The translations under genes and the position numbers were made by a program. The notes beneath the pieces are model-generated. The model ran no database searches, was not told the DNA's origin, and saw only the letters and a list, made by a program, of their open reading frames with translations. From the human T2T-CHM13v2.0 reference genome, Homo sapiens, in the NCBI RefSeq assembly GCF_009914755.1, contig NC_060930.1: 64,000 nucleotides of DNA. One strand, 5' to 3'. Shown in pieces: positions 58,604 to 64,000 of this stretch. Within the stretch, counting starts at the first letter, position 1. Each line of letters starts with the position of its first letter.

Positions 58604-58783
58604 ATATATATATATATATATATATGCCATTATATATATATATATATATGCCATTATATATATATATATATATATGCCATTATATATATATATATGCCAT
58701 TATATATATATATGCCATTATATATATATATGCCATTATATATATATATGCCATTATATATATATATATATATATATATGCCA
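58604..58783. repeat. [(TA)n-GCCAT] x8 compound VNTR
   Basis: GCCAT at 58626, 58650, 58676, 58696, 58714, 58732, 58750 and GCCAA at 58780, separated by variable (TA)n runs. Confidence 0.95.
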
Positions 58784-60392
58784 ATGAAAAGAGAGTCCAA
58801 AAATAGACCCACACGTGGTCAATTGACTTTTGAAAAAAGATCCAAGGTAATTAGACGAGGAAATTATATCTTTCTCAACAAATGATGATGAAGTGAATGG
58901 ATATCTACATGGAAAAAGAAAGCCCTTACCTAAGCCTCTACTTCACAGCAAACACCAAAATTTGCTGGAAATAAATCATAGACCCAACTGTAGAAGCTAA
59001 GACTATAAAATCTCTAGAAAAAAAATAAAGAAGATAATGTTCACAACTTTGGTGTAGGCAATGATTTCTGAAAGGGACAAAAAATATTAAGCATAATGAA
59101 TGATTTAATAAATTGTATTTAATCAGAATTAAACACTTCTGCTCTTTGAAAGCACTCCAAATGCAAAGTCAAGCCACAGATTGAGAACAATACATATTAT
59201 AGTAAATGTACTTGACAAAGGTCTTTTCTCTAGAATATGTATTTAAATCTTATTAATAATCTGGCAAACAAAGCAAAATGAGCAAAGATTTCAAGAAGAA
59301 TTTCACAAAATAAGATATACAAATGACGATTAAGCACATGAAAATATGTTCAGCATCATCAAAGAAGTGCAAATGACACCACCAATGAGGTATCACCACA
59401 CAAGCACTAGAATGGCTAAAATGTAACAATATTAGATGTTAATAAAGCCATAGAGCATCTGGAACTCCTATATATTGCTGTGGGAGGAATGTAAAATTAT
59501 AAAACAACATTGGAAAAGAGGTTCACAGTTTTGTATAGCGCTAATTACATACCTGATAATATAACTCCTAAGACTTGATAGGAATAGAGAAATATAAACA
59601 TGTCCATGCGAACACTGTGTTTAAATAATCATAGCAATTTTATTCTTCATAGCCCCAAACTGGAACAACCCAAATGTACTTTAATAGTTGAATGTATTAA
59701 AAAATTGTGATATATCCATACGATATAGAATGATAGATACTATCAGAATGATAGAATATTATTCAGAGATGAAAAGGAATGTATTACTGATATAAGCAAC
59801 ATGACTATACCTCCAAAACATGTTGCAAAGTGAAAGAAGCCAGACACAAAAGATTACTATTTTATTATTGTATTTACATGAAATATGAGAATAGTTATAA
59901 TCTATAGTGACAAAATTAGATCAGCAGTTGCCTTTTTCTGGGAATGGAGGTTGGGGGATTTATTGCAAAAGGTCAGAAAGAAAACTTTTTGAGATTATAG
60001 AAATAGACTATGTATTGGGTACTTTGTCAGATGAGTATTTACATCTAAAAAATGTTTCAAATGAGCATATTTATTGTGTGTAAATTGTACCTTATTTAGG
60101 TTTATTTGGAAAAAATATAGCTCTAAATATACTGGTTCATTTTAATTTGGGTTAAATATTTAAGAATTTTTTCCATGTGCTGAATCAAACAAGTAGAGTT
60201 GACAGTGGAGATCATAGTCTTATTCTCAAGGCATTTTCATGTAAAATAGGAACTCAGGTAACTGCAGTAACTGCAGAAAAGCAGGTACAAATATTGATTA
60301 TAAAATCCTGGGAAAATGTAAAGAGGAAGGGGATAGAGGGAACATGGTATATTTTCATTCCACAATTAGAGTTAGCAGCTGCATCATTCTGA

Positions 60393-60593
60393 TTTTCCTT
60401 TTTATAAATATTTTTTATTATTTATTAGATTAACTAATTTGAGTTGAGGCCACAACATGGTTGAGTAAAAATAATCATTTTCCTTTTTATAAATATTCAA
60501 TAAAACTTTTCCTTTTTATAAATATTTTTTATTATTTATTAGATTAACTAATTTGAGTTGAGGCCACAACGTGGTTGAGTAAAAATAATCATT
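60393..60593. repeat. 87-bp direct duplication with a partial third copy in the spacer
   Basis: 60393-60479 vs 60507-60593, one mismatch. Confidence 0.93.
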
Positions 60594-61414
60594 CTGAGAA
60601 TAGCAATAGGTTTAGAAGGTTAATTTAGGGTGCCTCTCTGCTATTAGATGTACCTGAAAAACACTTCTAGGCAAAATTAGACCAAATTAAAAACACTGGG
60701 GCTTCAATTATAATAAACTCTCAAATATAAGTTTTATTATTGTTTATTATAATAATAAATAATGTATAAGTGTGCAGACATGGGCAGACTACATTTTGCA
60801 AATTTCCACAGTAAGGTAAAAGGATTACAAAGCTTTCTGGTATAATATTAACAGAACTAAAAGACTTGAATAATATTAAAGAATGGGCTTTGGCTAGTGA
60901 TTTTCAATCAATTCTCTTCAAAGCAATACTCTCTTAATTTTACTGAAAGAAAATTCAACTTTAATATAATATTTAGATAAATCAATACATCTTAACTATA
61001 AAAAAGAAAACTATCTATATAAGACAATATGTATTTCAACATATAAATGCTTGGGTAAAACTTCCTTAGGAGGCAAAATAAAATAAAAGTTTGCACCTAT
61101 TCTTAGATGACCCCAGTGTAATCGATGGGATGTTGATATTGTGCTGGTGACTCAAGTACCATGGGCAAGGTTGTTATCAGTGATGTGCTTCTCTGAAAGT
61201 ACATCTTTACACCCATTGACAAATGGGTGTAAAATCCAAAAACACAAAGTAAATTATCTTCTCAATGTATATAGTAGATGCATCCTAGAAAAAAACAAAC
61301 AAACAAACAAAAAACACACACAAAAATTTGATGTGGAAACAAACTTAAATTAGGTTTCAAATATAAGGCAAGGTTTTGTTGTTTTGTTTGTTTGTTTACT
61401 CACTACATAAATGA

Positions 61415-61607
61415 CCAGTGGCCCATTCAGAAGTCTAAGGACAAAATATGTTGTAGGACTGTCCTGACCACTGAGGGACAGCTCACACCCTGACCCAACA
61501 GTACACTAATGCCTGCAGTACCCACCGTTCCCGGAGTAAACCAAAAGACATCCTGCGACTCACAAAATCCATTATGGAGTTGTTTTAAACCTTATGAGAA
61601 CCACTGA
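61415..61607 (-). mobile_element. MER20-like hAT relic
   Basis: gagaaccactg terminus; ggactgtcctg...cactaatgcc...gtaccc pattern. Confidence 0.5.
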
Positions 61608-62199
61608 CCTAGGCCATAAAAAACAAATGAAAAAACAACAAAAACTAGGAATGGCAGTAGTTCTGTTGAGTTAAAGAGGAGAAAGAGGAGAAACCAGGAC
61701 TGGAAGAGATGAAATTGTGAGTCTGGAAGGAAACTATTGCAAAGGCCTTTATTACCTTTAAGTAAATGTCTCCTAACTGAACTGAAAGCCTTCATTCTAA
61801 CCATTAGTTTGGTCAGGAACATTTCAGGGACGCCAGGGTGGCTGTTTTATTTTGCACTTCCTTTACTGCCCTCCCAGCAGCCTACCTAGCAGTAAGTTCC
61901 CCAGCCTGCAGTGTCCCCAGAGGGCACCTTCCCTCGGCTAGTAACTTCTCAGACACTCTGGCCTTGGGGATGTCTTGGATCTTCTAGGTACACAGTGGCT
62001 GCACACAGTTTTGCCAGGCCTTTCTCAAGAGGTAAAAGTTCCTAGCTGTTTGCATTTCCCAGAAATAATGTTTTCCATGTGTAGGGATTTTACAGATTTC
62101 AAAGTGCTTTCATGTCAATTACTTTCTTTAATTTAAAAGAAGTTCAGATACCAGGTCAAGCTAGGAATGATCCGGTCTCAGAGGGAAGGAGCGCTCTAG

Positions 62200-62680
62200 G
62201 AAAGGAGGATCCTTTAATAGAGGGCCGTCCTGGGGCCGCGTGCCCATGGAAGGCGAGAGTGGAGGAGTGTCCTCTTTCTCCCCCACCCTCAGGCGGCGGC
62301 CCGGCCAAAGCCAGAGGGGGCTGTCTCCTCCTCTTCCCCAGCAGCTGCTGCTCGCTCAGCTCACAAGCCAAGGCCAGGGGACAGGGCGGCAGCGACTCCT
62401 CTGGCTCCCGAGAAGTGGATCCGGTCGCGGCCACTACGATGCCGGGAGCCGCCGGGGTCCTCCTCCTTCTGCTGCTCTCCGGAGGCCTCGGGGGCGTACA
62501 GGCGCAGCGGCCGCAGCAGCAGCGGCAGTCACAGGCACATCAGCAAAGAGGTACAGTCGAGGCATGGGCTTGGGTTGCATCCTTTGCCGGGACCGAGATT
62601 CCTCACTTCTTCCACTCTTCCGAGAGTTGCTGTCTGTGGACTGCCGTCTTGCTTCGCCTTCAGAGAGTGCGCTCTGGGGC
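62200..62680 (+). promoter_or_regulatory. LAMA2: LAMA2 promoter / CpG-rich region with 5'UTR (about 62331-62438)
   Basis: Sharp rise in GC and CpG against the AT-rich flanks; GC-box-like GGGCGG/GGCGG; ATG-free leader before 62439. TSS position is from recall of the mRNA and is approximate. Confidence 0.85.
62439..62550 (+). CDS. LAMA2: Laminin subunit alpha-2, coding part of exon 1 (signal peptide and start of mature N-terminus); gene continues beyond the window
   Basis: Translates MPGAAGVLLLLLLSGGLGGVQAQRPQQQRQSQAHQQR(G), recognised as the LAMA2 N-terminus. ATG at 62439 with A at -3; 112 coding nt followed by donor AG|GTACAG at 62551. Confidence 0.97.
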
Positions 62681-62974
62681 AAGAGGAACTTGAAGCAAGT
62701 TCAAGTTCAATGCCATGAGAGCGTAGTGTAGGGGGAATTACCTAAGTCCTGCAAAAGGAACGGGGAGTGCTTTTCATTGTTCTTTAGTTTCGAAGAGGTC
62801 TTGCTATCACGATACATCCCGTAAATTGATTTCTGAAATCTTTCCAAGAGGAAAACTTTTTCCAATTGGAAAAAAAAGAATTTCTTCAAATCAGAGCCCA
62901 TCCTGCAGAGAAAGGCTTCCCAAGCTGTGTGGTTCATCCTGGGACTTTATGGAGGGTAGCTGATGCATCAAAAA

Positions 62975-63039
<65 letters not shown>

Positions 63040-64000
63040 AAGTTTTACAGAACTTTGTTTTCAACTTTTAAAACAGGATTTCTAAAGAAGTTATGTGGTT
63101 TTTTTTCTTTCATGGCAATGGCGCCTCCAGCCTCACCTTTTTCAAACCCACATCTTATCTTCATATCCTATTTTATTGTAGTGAAATCGTGAAATTTCTC
63201 CTTTTGCTTAAATACAGAGGAGACTTCTATGTCATGTGTACTTTAAGGCCACAGTGACTAGATATACACTTTGGAGGACTTTGGAAGATGGCTGTATTTA
63301 ATGTAACTTAAATAACTTATTCTCCTCAGAGACTCTTAGTGTTTATGTATATATAGCTCTCATTTCTGAAACTTTGGGGAGTCTTTGAAGAGTTATTTTA
63401 TTATCATGAATTTTACAGGAAGCACATGTGCAGCATTGTAAGACATACTTTGTAACACATTATTTCAGCAAACAATTCTTTAAGTTGGAAAACCTGTATC
63501 AAAGTAAAAAAAAAAGAAATATTTATTATTCGGTTTTAAATATGAAAATGTTTAACCTAAGAGTACAAAATCTGTAGGTTAGAAGCTTTTAAAAGTTTTA
63601 ATGAGGCTGAATCTGCTTAAGTTTTGAAGTATACTTATCCTTCTTCCAGTTAACTTCTAGCCAAGTCAATAGTTCTGATATTTGTTCTTATAATCTAGCA
63701 TTTTTAGCAGTACTATTTTTTAAGGAGTAAAGAGATATCCCAAGCTCTTTCTATAATAATAACTCCCTGATTAAAATTCTTGGAATAAAAATGACCTTGC
63801 ATTCACTATATAACTTTTTTCCTTCTATTTTTGCTTTTGCTTCTCTGAGAGGTAAAATGGGGCCAATATGACTTAATTAATATAATTTACGAGAGTGATT
63901 TTAAGAGTATCTCTGGCCACTTATTTTTAAAAATTCTACTTTTAACTATTAAACTTTGCTCAATTACAAGGTGTGTTTAAACAAGACATAATACTTTAAT
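62551..64000 (+). other. LAMA2: LAMA2 intron 1 (5' part)
   Basis: GT donor at 62551; AT-rich non-coding sequence follows. Confidence 0.9.
62980..63039. repeat. Compound (TA)n(CA)n(TA)n microsatellite in intron 1
   Basis: Directly visible. Confidence 0.95.

Larger units (their letters stand above)
51360..60100 (+). mobile_element. Old L1M ORF2/3'UTR scaffold, multiply interrupted (MLT1G, THE1, L1MB, L1PB, Alus, L1MC)
   Basis: Collinear ORF2 motifs (gttggagatttca, ctgaccataa, aacaaaattgacaagcct, gatgcagaaaaagcattt, aaagctacagtaat) through to a 3'UTR at about 59800-60100. Confidence 0.75.

Noticed and set aside
58604-58885. Regularly interspersed repeat resembling a CRISPR array, and MPLYIY-repeat ORFs
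   Set aside because: Human DNA; the 'spacers' are simple (TA)n runs and there are no cas genes. The ORFs are microsatellite translations.
62156-62731. Alternative-frame and antisense ORFs over exon 1 (92, 163, 82 aa; poly-Ala)
   Set aside because: Expected by-products of GC-rich and CAG-rich exon sequence; no independent evidence.

Overview
Human genomic DNA; the human-specific AluYb8 supports the species call. It covers about 62 kb of repeat-dense sequence upstream of LAMA2 (laminin alpha-2), then the LAMA2 CpG-rich promoter, exon 1 (CDS 62439-62550, signal peptide) and the start of intron 1. Most ORFs in the track are transposon-derived or chance ORFs. The main elements are a full-length but dead L1PA5-like LINE-1 (8626-14809, 18-bp TSD), an internally deleted L1MA-type element (about 37954-43099, minus), a full LTR-internal-LTR THE1 MaLR (53234-55524), several solo LTRs, Alus, L2/MIR and hAT DNA-transposon relics. 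Repeat subfamily names come from my recall of consensus sequences, not from a RepeatMasker run. I found no convincing evidence of a new biological system or new gene. The most notable observations are structural. They include a young AluYb8 half-element nested in an older Alu, a 99-bp copy of sequence from 2.2 kb away inserted ectopically, and a THE1 provirus whose two LTRs disagree. There is also a (TA)n/GCCAT VNTR and a complex duplication just upstream of the LAMA2 promoter, plus several fold-back or templated-insertion repair scars.
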